A DNA stretch of 64,000 bases, from contig CBDBCY010000004.1 of NCBI GenBank assembly GCA_965203555.1, positions 2,944,001-3,008,000 of the forward strand. The letters are read 5' to 3'. Source of the DNA: Acidimicrobiia bacterium. Its GTDB lineage: Bacteria > Actinomycetota > Acidimicrobiia > Spongiisociales > ZC4RG35. Made by a program: the position numbers and the translations under genes. Under the pieces are notes generated by a model. It was given only the letters and a program-made list of their open reading frames with translations. It had not been told where the DNA came from and ran no database searches. This document shows, piece after piece, positions 46,064 through 55,512 of the stretch (positions are counted from its first letter, which is position 1; every line of letters begins with the position of its first letter).

Positions 46064-47293
46064 CTGACCGCCTATTCGCCCGCCTCTTCGCTGGGGTGGC
46101 TCGATTTCGATGCCGCCGCGACCGAGCGAGTCGCGACTATCTTGAGCGCCCTCGAAGAGCCCACCACACTGGATGTCCTGGGACTGGGATCGGTGCGGGA
46201 CACCTTCTCCGAGATGTTGCACCCCGGTACCTCGTACGTCCACACCAAGCTGCGATACTTCATGTTCCTGCCGTGGATTTTCCAGCGTTTGGAACGTGAC
46301 CATGTTGCGCCCGGAGATTTTTTCCAGCGGCTTCGCCACGATGAGGCTTTGCTCATCGAATGTCTGCGCCATCTGGGACCCGGTAAGGGTGTTATCGGCT
46401 ACCAGGCCGGTCGAAACTTGAAACGTATGCCCAGTGACATCTATTGGGGCGGCCTTTGGGCCTGGGGTTTGCGACGCCTCCCCCTCAGCCTCGGCGAGTA
46501 TGCACAGCGGGCGGCCGCCTTGGGCCGGACCGAGTCGGTGCTGGATGACGACGGCAAGGTGACGGACAAGACTGGCTCCATGTGGGCGCGACTGCCGGAT
46601 CCTCCTGAACGCTTTCTGGAGACTCCCATCACCTTCGAGTTGAGCCGGGAAGAAGCCGAGACTCTGCTCTACAACGTTCAGCGTAAACAGCAGGGCACCC
46701 TTCTGGCCTGGCTGTTCGCCCGACCACACCTTGCCGCCCAATGTGACTATCCGTGGGAGGTGCCCAGTGACGGCATGCCCGAGGAACTCGCCGAGGTGGT
46801 TCGTCACGCTCGGTGCTTTTCCGAGTTGACCGCCGGCCCGCAGTATGTCTACAACCTCCTGGTTGCCCGACGGGCTCATCGAGAACTGGGTTGGGACACC
46901 GCCCCACTGGAGGAGAGACAACTTGATCGTCTGGGGAGGTGGGTGTCATTGATCGGATCTCGACATCAGGACCTTCTGGCTTGGGCAGACGATCTACCGT
47001 CACTCTGGAGGGTTGTAAGTGGAAGCCGCATAGGCCATGCCACGCGGACATTTGTTGCCTCCATCGTCAAACTGGTGGTCGACAATCCGGAGGGGTTTGC
47101 GGACAACCCGGTCACCCACGCCGAAATCCGCCGTCGTGAGCTACAGCTCAAAGGCAGACGAGCCCGGCTGGCGCATCGAGCCGCCCTGGAGAACTGGAGG
47201 GGCGGCGCCGCAGGTGGTCAGCTCGAATTCCGATGGTCTATCGCCCAGGGCTATTTGGGTGAGATTGCCGAAGCCTTGGGAACCGACCACTGA
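46064..47293 (+). CDS. DUF6361-like protein, first gene of a three-gene putative defence operon
   Basis: LGWLDF, LD-x-LGLG-x-VRD-x-FS-x-x-L-x-PGTS-x-x-x-T-x-x-RY-x-x-F-x-PW, GVIG, RMPS-x-IYW-x-GL, C-terminal FRW. Start uncertain (CTG 46064 or GTG 45953). Confidence 0.75.
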   Translation: MTAYSPASSLGWLDFDAAATERVATILSALEEPTTLDVLGLGSVRDTFSEMLHPGTSYVHTKLRYFMFLPWIFQRLERDHVAPGDFFQRLRHDEALLIECLRHLGPGKGVIGYQAGRNLKRMPSDIYWGGLWAWGLRRLPLSLGEYAQRAAALGRTESVLDDDGKVTDKTGSMWARLPDPPERFLETPITFELSREEAETLLYNVQRKQQGTLLAWLFARPHLAAQCDYPWEVPSDGMPEELAEVVRHARCFSELTAGPQYVYNLLVARRAHRELGWDTAPLEERQLDRLGRWVSLIGSRHQDLLAWADDLPSLWRVVSGSRIGHATRTFVASIVKLVVDNPEGFADNPVTHAEIRRRELQLKGRRARLAHRAALENWRGGAAGGQLEFRWSIAQGYLGEIAEALGTDH

Positions 47294-49182
47294 TGCTGAT
47301 TCCCACCAACCGCCTGACACTGATCGACGCGATGCGCCCCCCGGCCGGATTCCAGTTGGAAGCGGCCATGGCGGTGACCTTCACCCTCAACCTGCAGGCG
47401 CTGTTGGCGGCGCCAGCCGCCTTCGCCATGGCCGGATTGAATGACGCCACGGCTGATTCTGGTGGGCACACCCCCGTGGAACTGATCCACGCCCTTCGCT
47501 CTCATGCTCACAAGCTGACGGTTTTCAGCGAGGTGGGCGGGATCAGCTTGCCGCCGGCCAGTCGAGCCTTCGCCTTTCTCGAGCGGGCGGTAGTGCCGGT
47601 TCGCGCCCCGCATGGAGGAATCGTCCATTCCAAGGTGTGGGTGCTGCGCTACCAGTCATCCGCCGATACCAACGGGGTCAGCGAAGGCGACCAACGGCTC
47701 CGAGTGCTAATCGCCAGTCGCAATCTGACCTTTGATGAGAGCTGGGACACAGTGCTGAGGCTCGACGAGACGCCGAACCCTGGCGGCGCGGTGCTTGAGG
47801 GGGTCGGGAAACTCTTCACGGGCCTGCTCAAAGCCACTGTCGGGAAGGTCGAAACAGAACATGAAGAACGGGTGCACTCGCTGGCTGAAGCTCTCCGAAC
47901 TGCACGGTTCGAGCTGCCGGCGGGCGTCGATGACCTCGGGATCCATGTGTTTGGCCTCGGAGAGGAGTCCCCGCCATTCCCAGAGAGTCCCGAACGCGCG
48001 CTGATCATCTCGCCCTTTTTGACCGACGACTTCTTCAAACGGGTGCATCCCGCTCCGGTGGACACGCTGGTCAGCCGACAGGAAGCAATCGACGGACTTC
48101 AACAGAGCACTCTCGATCCCATCCCTAATATATTTGTCTTCGACGACGGCAGCACATTCGAGTATGCAGACTCGTCAAGCGGCGGCACCCCGGTGGACGG
48201 TGGGCAAAAGCCTGGCGGAGCCGCGCCACCGACTCCGTCACGCGCCGATCCCGGCCGTCCCTTGGTTGGAGTCCATGCCAAGGTTTTCGCCTTTGAGCAA
48301 AGAGATCGCGCCCGCCTGTTCGTCGGTTCGGCCAACGCGACGGGCCCTGCGTTCGGCAGCAACGTCGAGATTCTGGCGGAACTGCGCGGGCCGGTTTCCG
48401 AGTTGGGGATCGATCGACTCTTGGACGGCGAGGGGGACGATCCCGGGCTCCGTGATCTGTTCCACTCCTACCACCGTGACCCCAATCCGGAACCACCGGA
48501 GGAACCTGATGGATCCGGCATTCTCGACCGGACGCGCCGGAAGATAGCGTGCCTTCCGATGGAGGGAACAGTGGAGCCCACCGGCGAAGGAGGTGAGGAC
48601 TGGGCCGTTACCTACCGCTGCCCCGAGTCTTTGCCTGCCGCCGCTGACGTCGAGATTCATTGCTGGCCGCTGACCACCCCCGGCAATCGGCGGTTGGTCG
48701 GCACTATCGAGCCGTTCGAGATGCGCTTCGAAACCAGCCTCGAAGCCCTCAGCGGGTTCTTGGCTTTCGAGTTGAGGCATGACAGCGGCGAGCAGACCTG
48801 GTTCGCGGTCCCCGTGCCTCTGGTTGGAGTGCCCGAGTACCGAGACCGGACCCTGCTCAAGGTGCTGATCGGCAACGCCGAGCGGTTCCTGCGATACCTG
48901 CTAGCGCTCCTATACGAGAGGTCGGATCAATTCGATCTCCGCGGAGTCACGAGGATCATCGACAGTTCAGAGTCCGATGGGAGCGGTCCGATCAGCTTCA
49001 CGGTGCTCGAACAACTGCTGCAAACCATGAGGCGCGATCCGCTGAAGCTCACCGGACTGCACCCGCTGGTCGCCGACCTTCGGGCCGACGACGCGCTGCC
49101 ACCGGGCTTCGCTGAACTCTGGGACGCCATCCACGATGTGGCGATCGAGGGCGCTCTGGAGCAGGGCGCACACCTGCCATGA
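47293..49182 (+). CDS. Phospholipase D-superfamily (double HxK) nuclease-like protein
   Basis: HSKVW...ASRNLT and HAKVF...GSANAT...NVE, plus ISPF. TGATG overlap with the upstream gene. Confidence 0.8.
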   Translation: MLIPTNRLTLIDAMRPPAGFQLEAAMAVTFTLNLQALLAAPAAFAMAGLNDATADSGGHTPVELIHALRSHAHKLTVFSEVGGISLPPASRAFAFLERAVVPVRAPHGGIVHSKVWVLRYQSSADTNGVSEGDQRLRVLIASRNLTFDESWDTVLRLDETPNPGGAVLEGVGKLFTGLLKATVGKVETEHEERVHSLAEALRTARFELPAGVDDLGIHVFGLGEESPPFPESPERALIISPFLTDDFFKRVHPAPVDTLVSRQEAIDGLQQSTLDPIPNIFVFDDGSTFEYADSSSGGTPVDGGQKPGGAAPPTPSRADPGRPLVGVHAKVFAFEQRDRARLFVGSANATGPAFGSNVEILAELRGPVSELGIDRLLDGEGDDPGLRDLFHSYHRDPNPEPPEEPDGSGILDRTRRKIACLPMEGTVEPTGEGGEDWAVTYRCPESLPAAADVEIHCWPLTTPGNRRLVGTIEPFEMRFETSLEALSGFLAFELRHDSGEQTWFAVPVPLVGVPEYRDRTLLKVLIGNAERFLRYLLALLYERSDQFDLRGVTRIIDSSESDGSGPISFTVLEQLLQTMRRDPLKLTGLHPLVADLRADDALPPGFAELWDAIHDVAIEGALEQGAHLP

Positions 49183-52100
49183 CCGAGCCTCGCATAGATG
49201 TGGCCGCCACGTTGGCGGATCTGAAGGACTTTCAGCGACGCACGGCCGAATGGGCGTTCCATCGGATGTTCTCGGATAGCGACCCTGCGCTTCGGTTCCT
49301 GGTGGCGGACGAGGTCGGCCTCGGCAAGACGCATGTCGCCAAAGGCGTGATAGCGCAGGTCATCGACCACCTCGGACGAAGCGGTGACCCGCGCCACGAC
49401 ATCGTCTATGTGTGCTCCAATGCGGCCATCGCCCGGCAGAACCTGAAAAAGCTAACACCCGAAGGCATCGACCCGACGCCCATTCCGGTCGACCGGCTCA
49501 CCATGCTGCCCCTCATTCACCTCCAGGACGAAGAGGAGGGCAAGCCCGGCATCAATCTGCTGCCCATTACTCCGGGCACATCTTTGAACTTCGGCCTAAG
49601 CACCGGCACGTTCCGAGAGCGCGCCGTCGCCTACACCTTCCTTCGCGCCCATTGGGGCAGAGCCGTGATGGAACCGCGGCGGGCGCGCTGGATATTCTGG
49701 GCGGGCATCTCAGCCGGCGATCCCGACTGGCGGCTCCGAGATTGGGAGCGTCGTCATCGTCACGAAATCCAACGGACGTTGCCGGAGTTCGCCCGACGTC
49801 TGGAAGAGATCGACACCGAGCGACAGGCGAACGAAAAGCGGACAGTTCGAGAGTTGTTTGACGCACTGGTCGACGGACTCAGGTACAAGAGGGCCATCCG
49901 CGGCTGCATGTGGTACACGCGCAGAGAGTTCATCGCGGTAGTGCGCCGCACCATGGCAATCGTCGGGATCGATTCGCTGCGCCCCGACCTGGTGGTGCTG
50001 GACGAGTTCCAGCGATTCAAGGACCTGCTCGATCCCCATCCCGACAACCTGGCGGCGGAACTTGCCAAGAGGCTGTTCGAATACAGGGACCCCGAGACGG
50101 GGCGACCCACCCGCACTCTGCTGCTCTCCGCCACCCCCTACCGCATGTACACCACCGCCGACGACACCGATGATGATCATTACAAGGACTTCCTTGACAC
50201 CTGCCGGTTTCTCTACAGGGACTCCGGGCGCGTCAAGGGACTGCAGCGCCGGTTCGCCGATCTCCGCCATGCGCTCACCGATTTGGCGGCGTTCGAGGAC
50301 ACTGAGACGGCGTTAGAAGCCGCAGCTGACATCTGCGGGAAGATCGGCTCGGAGTTGCGACAGGTAATGGCCCGGACCGAACGGCTGGCCGCCACTCCCG
50401 ATCGGGACGGGATGCTCGGAGAACCCGACGCCCCGGCTCCGGTGGCGCCCGATGACCTGCGATCGTACCTCCGGTTCGGTGAGATCGCCCGATTGGTGGG
50501 CTACCCCGATCCCACCGAGTACTGGAAATCGGCACCTTACCTGATCAACTTCATGGAACGCTACAAGCTCAAACAAGCCGTGAAACAGGCCGCCGAGGAA
50601 GGCCGGTTCCTCGACACCGGCCTGCTCGACGGTGGTCCGGGACTTTTGAGTTGGAAAGAGGTGGAGCGCTACCGGGCCATCGACCCTCAGAACGGGCGGC
50701 TCCGGTGGCTGATGGATGACCTCCGGGGCACCCGGGCCTTCGAGCTTCTGTGGGTGCCGCCGTCGATCCGCTATTACGACACGGGATCGGTCTACGAATC
50801 CGAGGAGGCCCACAGGTTCACCAAGCGGCTGATCTTCTCGGGTTGGGTGATTGTTCCGAAAGTGGTGTCTTCCCTGGTCAGCTTCGAAGCCGAGCGTCTG
50901 GCTTACCGGGACCGCGACCACGATTACACGGACCAGTACCGGCGGCGCGGGGGCGGTCGGATGACGTTCCGCACCGCCGAGCGGACCTCGGCGGATCGCC
51001 GCTCTGGAGAAGCCGCGGGTGATCGCCGCGCCGCCTCGATGACCACTCTGTTGCTCTGTTGGCCGAGCATCACCCTCGCTCAACTTGGGGATCCTCTGCA
51101 GTTGGACATCCCAAGGCGGGACCGCTCCGAGGTGATCGCCGCCATCGCAGAGCGGATTGAGGCCGCCCTAGAGCCATTGGCTGGCTCTGCGCCTTCGGAA
51201 GGTGCGGTCGACCAACGTTGGTATTGGGCCGCCCCGATGCTGTTCGATTACCGGTGTCACCCCAAGGTGGTTCGCCGGCTGCTGTCCGATCAGTCGGCAT
51301 GGCTCGGAGAGGGCGAACGGCCCGACCGGAACTTCCGAGCGCACCTCGCCGAGGCCGGGGCGTTGCTCGACTACGGCGCCGGAGCCCTCGGTCGGCGTCC
51401 TGAGGATCTGTATGTGGTGCTCGCCGAACTGGCGCTGGGAGGGCCGGCCCAATGCGCGCTTCGCGCAATCCGCCGGGTGGTGGGTCTACGGGACGATCAC
51501 CGGGCGGTGACGGCCGGCGCGGCCCTGATCAGCGAGGCATTCCGGAGTTTCTTCAACGCCCCGGCGGTCACGGCCATAGTCGCCGGTGATCAATCGGCAG
51601 ACGCAGAATCCGGGCAATCGGCCCCGGTTGTCGCCCGGTACTGGCGCGATGTGGTGGGTCATTGCATAGACGGCAACCTGCAGGCAGTGCTCGATGAGCA
51701 TGCTCACGTTCTCCGAGATTGGCTGGGACATGTCAGACTCGGTGATGATGCACAGCGGGCCGAGGCTGCCGGAGATATTGCCGGGAGGATCGGCGAGGCC
51801 CTGCGACTGCGGACCTCGGCCCTGCGGGTGGACATTCCCGTCCGGACCGACGGTGGCCAGGCCGAGGTTCTCTCCGCCCGCCGCATGCGCACCCGATTTG
51901 CGGTGACCTTCGGCGATCAGGCTCTCGACGAGGGTGGTCAGGCCCGGGTGGGCGCCGTGTCGGTCGCCTTCAATTCGCCGTTTTGGCCGTTTGTGCTGGC
52001 CTCAACCTCGGTCGGGCAGGAGGGACTGGACTTTCACCTGTGGTGCCATGCCGTGGTGCACTGGAACCTGCCGGCCAGTCCCGTGGATCTCGAACAGCGG

Positions 52101-52541
52101 GAAGGTCGGGTCCACCGCTACAAATGCCATGCGGTTCGTAGGAACATTGCCGAAACGTTCGGATCCGAAATCCTGAGATCAGGAGACCGGGAAGGTGATC
52201 TCTGGCAGGCCCTCTTTGACCGAGCGGCATCCGAAGAGGGGTCCGACAACGGAGAAATGGCGCCTTATTGGGTGTTTCACCAGGGCCGGGCGAAGATCGA
52301 CCGTCTAGTACCTATCCTGCCCTTCAGCCGCGAGTCGGCGAGACTTCCACAACTGCGCAAGTCGCTTGCCATCTATCGCCTGGCCTTCGGCCAGCCGCGG
52401 CAAGAGGAATTGGTCGAGTTCCTGGGCGATCGGGTCAGCCAGGACCACTTGTCCCGTTGGCTCTCCCAACTCCGCATTGACCTGTCGCCCCGACCGCGTG
52501 AGTTTGTGGAAGTTGAGACCGGGGGTGCGGGGGCGGCGTAG
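49179..52541 (+). CDS. Superfamily 2 (SNF2-like) helicase/ATPase
   Basis: LKDFQ (Q motif), LVADEVGLGKT, LDEFQRF, LSATP, LIFS, FNSPF, STSVGQEGLDFH, EQREGRVHRY. ATGA overlap. Confidence 0.9.
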   Translation: MTEPRIDVAATLADLKDFQRRTAEWAFHRMFSDSDPALRFLVADEVGLGKTHVAKGVIAQVIDHLGRSGDPRHDIVYVCSNAAIARQNLKKLTPEGIDPTPIPVDRLTMLPLIHLQDEEEGKPGINLLPITPGTSLNFGLSTGTFRERAVAYTFLRAHWGRAVMEPRRARWIFWAGISAGDPDWRLRDWERRHRHEIQRTLPEFARRLEEIDTERQANEKRTVRELFDALVDGLRYKRAIRGCMWYTRREFIAVVRRTMAIVGIDSLRPDLVVLDEFQRFKDLLDPHPDNLAAELAKRLFEYRDPETGRPTRTLLLSATPYRMYTTADDTDDDHYKDFLDTCRFLYRDSGRVKGLQRRFADLRHALTDLAAFEDTETALEAAADICGKIGSELRQVMARTERLAATPDRDGMLGEPDAPAPVAPDDLRSYLRFGEIARLVGYPDPTEYWKSAPYLINFMERYKLKQAVKQAAEEGRFLDTGLLDGGPGLLSWKEVERYRAIDPQNGRLRWLMDDLRGTRAFELLWVPPSIRYYDTGSVYESEEAHRFTKRLIFSGWVIVPKVVSSLVSFEAERLAYRDRDHDYTDQYRRRGGGRMTFRTAERTSADRRSGEAAGDRRAASMTTLLLCWPSITLAQLGDPLQLDIPRRDRSEVIAAIAERIEAALEPLAGSAPSEGAVDQRWYWAAPMLFDYRCHPKVVRRLLSDQSAWLGEGERPDRNFRAHLAEAGALLDYGAGALGRRPEDLYVVLAELALGGPAQCALRAIRRVVGLRDDHRAVTAGAALISEAFRSFFNAPAVTAIVAGDQSADAESGQSAPVVARYWRDVVGHCIDGNLQAVLDEHAHVLRDWLGHVRLGDDAQRAEAAGDIAGRIGEALRLRTSALRVDIPVRTDGGQAEVLSARRMRTRFAVTFGDQALDEGGQARVGAVSVAFNSPFWPFVLASTSVGQEGLDFHLWCHAVVHWNLPASPVDLEQREGRVHRYKCHAVRRNIAETFGSEILRSGDREGDLWQALFDRAASEEGSDNGEMAPYWVFHQGRAKIDRLVPILPFSRESARLPQLRKSLAIYRLAFGQPRQEELVEFLGDRVSQDHLSRWLSQLRIDLSPRPREFVEVETGGAGAA

Positions 52542-52688
52542 TTATACGTGCGATGGAGCGATTCCGGCCCACGACTCGGCGCAACGCGCGTACAGACATG
52601 AGTACATGAACGCCCCCCCCCCCCCGATGGGGTCGGGGGCGCCGCTATACTTCAGGCACGCCTCAGAGCGTCATCGACTTCATGGATC

Positions 52689-52871
52689 TTGACAGTGAGC
52701 AACAATCTGGTCTGCTCAGACGGTAGAACGCCCGAAGAGGAGTGGCAGTACAGAGTGGATAACTGCCTTTCCATGCGCGACACTCCGCCCACCGAGGACG
52801 AGCGGCTCCAATCAATTCACCGTATCTTGGAGGAGGATAGAGACCTCCTCCAGATGTTGGCTGACGCTTAG
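52689..52871 (+). CDS. Putative Phd-like antitoxin of the doc gene
   Basis: 60-aa acidic ORF directly upstream of doc, ending in the amphipathic helix ILEEDRDLLQMLADA typical of Doc-neutralising tails. Confidence 0.5.
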   Translation: MTVSNNLVCSDGRTPEEEWQYRVDNCLSMRDTPPTEDERLQSIHRILEEDRDLLQMLADA

Positions 52872-52894
52872 CGCCGGGAGGGGAGGGATCGACT

Positions 52895-53300
52895 GTGCGG
52901 ACCAGGAGGGAACCGAACTGGGTTCCCTCCGAAGATGTGGTGATCTTTCACGATCTGGCGATAGTGAACCATGGGGTAGGCGCGGCTTGCGCAGCCAGGG
53001 ATTACTCGAGCAGGCGGTGAGCAGGCCCCAGAGGCGATGGTTTACGAAAGGACGGAGAATCTTGCTCGGCTGGCGGCTTGCTACACGGCCAGCATCGTGT
53101 TCATCCACCCGTTCGTTGATGGCAACAAGCGAGCCGGGTGGGGAACGGCGCGGCACTTCGCCTCGCTGAACGGAGCGGAACTTGTATGTCGCCCCGAGGA
53201 TGCATACCGGGCCGTTCTGGGGTTTGCCGCAAGTTCGAAAGACGAGTGCCAAGAGGAACTCCTGGCCGAGTTCCTCTACGAGCACCTGTTCCCCCTTTAG
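52895..53300 (+). pseudogene. doc: Doc/Fic-family toxin split over three reading frames (pseudogene or sequencing indels)
   Basis: EPNW...VVIFHD...NHG (from 52895), GLRSQGLLEQAVSRP (frame of 52987), YE...LAACY...HPFVDGNKR (frame of 53037). Confidence 0.8.
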
Positions 53301-53487
53301 TTGCACTTCTCTCGCCTGCTCCGAAGAGGGAGTGCCATGACCCCCAGCATCAGCTTTGCTACCGCGAGATCACATCGATCACCTCGGTAACGGATTTGGC
53401 TAATCCCTCGGTGTATTTTGGGTCAGTGGCGGGATTTGCCGGGCTGACCAAGGGCCTGCCCTCCGTTAAGCCGACCGCAAGGAGCAG

Positions 53488-54636
53488 ATGATGCCGTTTT
53501 CCGAAGAGCACCAGATGTTCCGTCATGTGGTTCGCCGGTTCGTGGAGGAGGAGATCAATCCCCGGGTGGACGAGTGGGAGGAAGCGGGAGAGATGCCGTT
53601 GCACGAGGTGTTCGCGCAGATGGCCGAACTTGGGTTGCTGGGCCTGGAGTACGATCCCGCCTACGGTGGGCAGGGGGCCGACCATCTGTTCACGGTGGTG
53701 CTGGCCGAGGAATTCGGTCGGGCCGACCATGGATCGATCGGGATGGCGCTGGGGGTTCAGGTGGACATGGCCACACCCTCGCTTCACCAGCACGGGTCGG
53801 AGAATCTCAAACGCCGCTACCTGGCGCCTGCTCTTCGCGGGGAGATGGTTACCTCCATCGCGGTCACCGAACCCGACGCCGGTTCGGATGTGGCGGCCAT
53901 CAAGACGCGGGCAACCCGAGACGGCGACCAGTGGATCATCAACGGGTCGAAGATGTACATTACCAACGGATTGCAGGCCGACTGGCTGTGCCTGCTGGCC
54001 CGGACTTCCGACGAGGGGGGATATGCGGGGATGAGCCAGATCGTGGTCCCCACCGATCTGGCAGGCTTCGAGGTATCCCGCAAGCTCGACAAACTGGGAA
54101 TGCGGGCGTCGGACACCGGTCTGCTCACCTTTACCGATATGGCGGTCCCGGTGTCGAACACCATCGGCGAGGTGGGGAAGGGATTCCAGCAGCAGATGAG
54201 CCAGTTCGTGGTGGAGCGGATGTGGGCCGCCTACTCGACGGTGGGATCGTGCGAGCGGGCATTGGAGCGTACCGCGCAGTACCTGCGAGAGCGGAAGGTC
54301 TTCGGCAAGCCTTTGCTGGGCCACCAGTACGTCAGTTACCGGCTGGCCGAGCTGGCCGCCGAGCTGGACATGCTGCGCCACTACAACTACGCTACCGCCG
54401 AGGCGTACATGCGAGGGGAGGACCCCACCAGGTACGCAACCATCGCCAAGCTCAAGTCGGGGCGGTTGGCCAGAGAGACCGCCGATTGGGTCATGCAATT
54501 CCATGGAGGCATCGGGTACATGGAGGAGACCTGGACGGCCCGGTTTTTCCGGGACAACCGCTTGGGCTCGATCGGCGGAGGATCGGATGAGACGATGCTC
54601 GGGGTGCTTGCCAGGATGGACGGCTATCACGCTTAG
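53488..54636 (+). CDS. Acyl-CoA dehydrogenase
   Basis: IAVTEPDAGSD, INGSKMYITNG, KLGMRASDT, RKVFGKPL, QFHGGIGY, IGGGSDE. Confidence 0.94.
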   Translation: MMPFSEEHQMFRHVVRRFVEEEINPRVDEWEEAGEMPLHEVFAQMAELGLLGLEYDPAYGGQGADHLFTVVLAEEFGRADHGSIGMALGVQVDMATPSLHQHGSENLKRRYLAPALRGEMVTSIAVTEPDAGSDVAAIKTRATRDGDQWIINGSKMYITNGLQADWLCLLARTSDEGGYAGMSQIVVPTDLAGFEVSRKLDKLGMRASDTGLLTFTDMAVPVSNTIGEVGKGFQQQMSQFVVERMWAAYSTVGSCERALERTAQYLRERKVFGKPLLGHQYVSYRLAELAAELDMLRHYNYATAEAYMRGEDPTRYATIAKLKSGRLARETADWVMQFHGGIGYMEETWTARFFRDNRLGSIGGGSDETMLGVLARMDGYHA

Positions 54637-54668
54637 GGCTCCAGCCCTGTTCCGCCCGGTGACAGTGT

Positions 54669-54686
54669 ATGTTATCTACATAACAT
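54669..54686. promoter_or_regulatory. Palindromic operator-like site upstream of the VOC gene
   Basis: ATGTTAT-ctac-ATAACAT is a perfect 7-bp inverted repeat about 25 bp before the GTG start. Confidence 0.5.
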
Positions 54687-54711
54687 TCCCGCCGCGCCAA
54701 GGAGGTCTGGA

Positions 54712-55161
54712 GTGGGAGAGATAATCGGTCATCACCACACAGGGATACAGGTAACCGATCTGGACAAGTCCCTGGAGTTCTATCGCGATCAACTGGGTCT
54801 GGAGTTGGTGCTCCGCTGGAACCGCACCGCTCCCTACATCGAGCAGTTCTCCGGATATCCCGGGGTTGACATGCACGGCGCCATACTGCGTATGCCCAAC
54901 ACCGACAGCATCTTGGAGGTCTTGGAGTATCGCAACGTGGAGCGGACCGTGATCGATCCCGCCACCGCCAATCCCGGCACCGCCCACCTCGCCTTCCGGG
55001 TGGACGACTGCGACGCGTTGTATGACCGGTTGACCTCACAGGGTGTGGATTCGGTGTCCCGGCCGGTCACCCCCACCATCGGGCCGAACAAGGGAGGCCG
55101 GACCGTGATGATGCTCGATCCGGACGGCTTTCGGATCGAACTCCTGCAGCCTCCCCGATGA
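54712..55161 (+). CDS. VOC/glyoxalase family protein
   Basis: HHTGIQVTDLDKSLEFYRDQLGL, HLAFRVDD, DPDG-x-x-IEL. Confidence 0.9.
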   Translation: MGEIIGHHHTGIQVTDLDKSLEFYRDQLGLELVLRWNRTAPYIEQFSGYPGVDMHGAILRMPNTDSILEVLEYRNVERTVIDPATANPGTAHLAFRVDDCDALYDRLTSQGVDSVSRPVTPTIGPNKGGRTVMMLDPDGFRIELLQPPR

Positions 55162-55448
55162 CCGGCAGCAAGACCCTTCTCACCGAAGAGGAGATCGCCG
55201 GACTGCTGGCTGCTCATCCGGACTGGAAGCGGGACGGTAGCCTGCTGCGGCGGTCCTATCAGTTCTCCAACTTCCGGGCGGCATTCGCGTTCATGTCCCA
55301 TGTGGCGTTGATTTCAGAGCGCCTCTTCCATCATCCGGAGTGGTCCAACGTGTATAACCGGGTGGAGTTGGCGATCACCAGCCACGATGTTGGAGGCTTG
55401 ACCGCCAGAGACCGTCGATTCGTAGAGTTGGTGGACGCCATCGGCTGA
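55158..55448 (+). CDS. phhB: Pterin-4-alpha-carbinolamine dehydratase
   Basis: HHPEWSNVYNRV and SHDVGGLT-x-x-D. Confidence 0.92.
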   Translation: MTGSKTLLTEEEIAGLLAAHPDWKRDGSLLRRSYQFSNFRAAFAFMSHVALISERLFHHPEWSNVYNRVELAITSHDVGGLTARDRRFVELVDAIG

Positions 55449-55512
55449 ATCCGGCCGGTGCCGGAAATGCATTCCGCCCGGTGGTACGCTGACCTTGGTT
55501 AAGCGAGGACGG

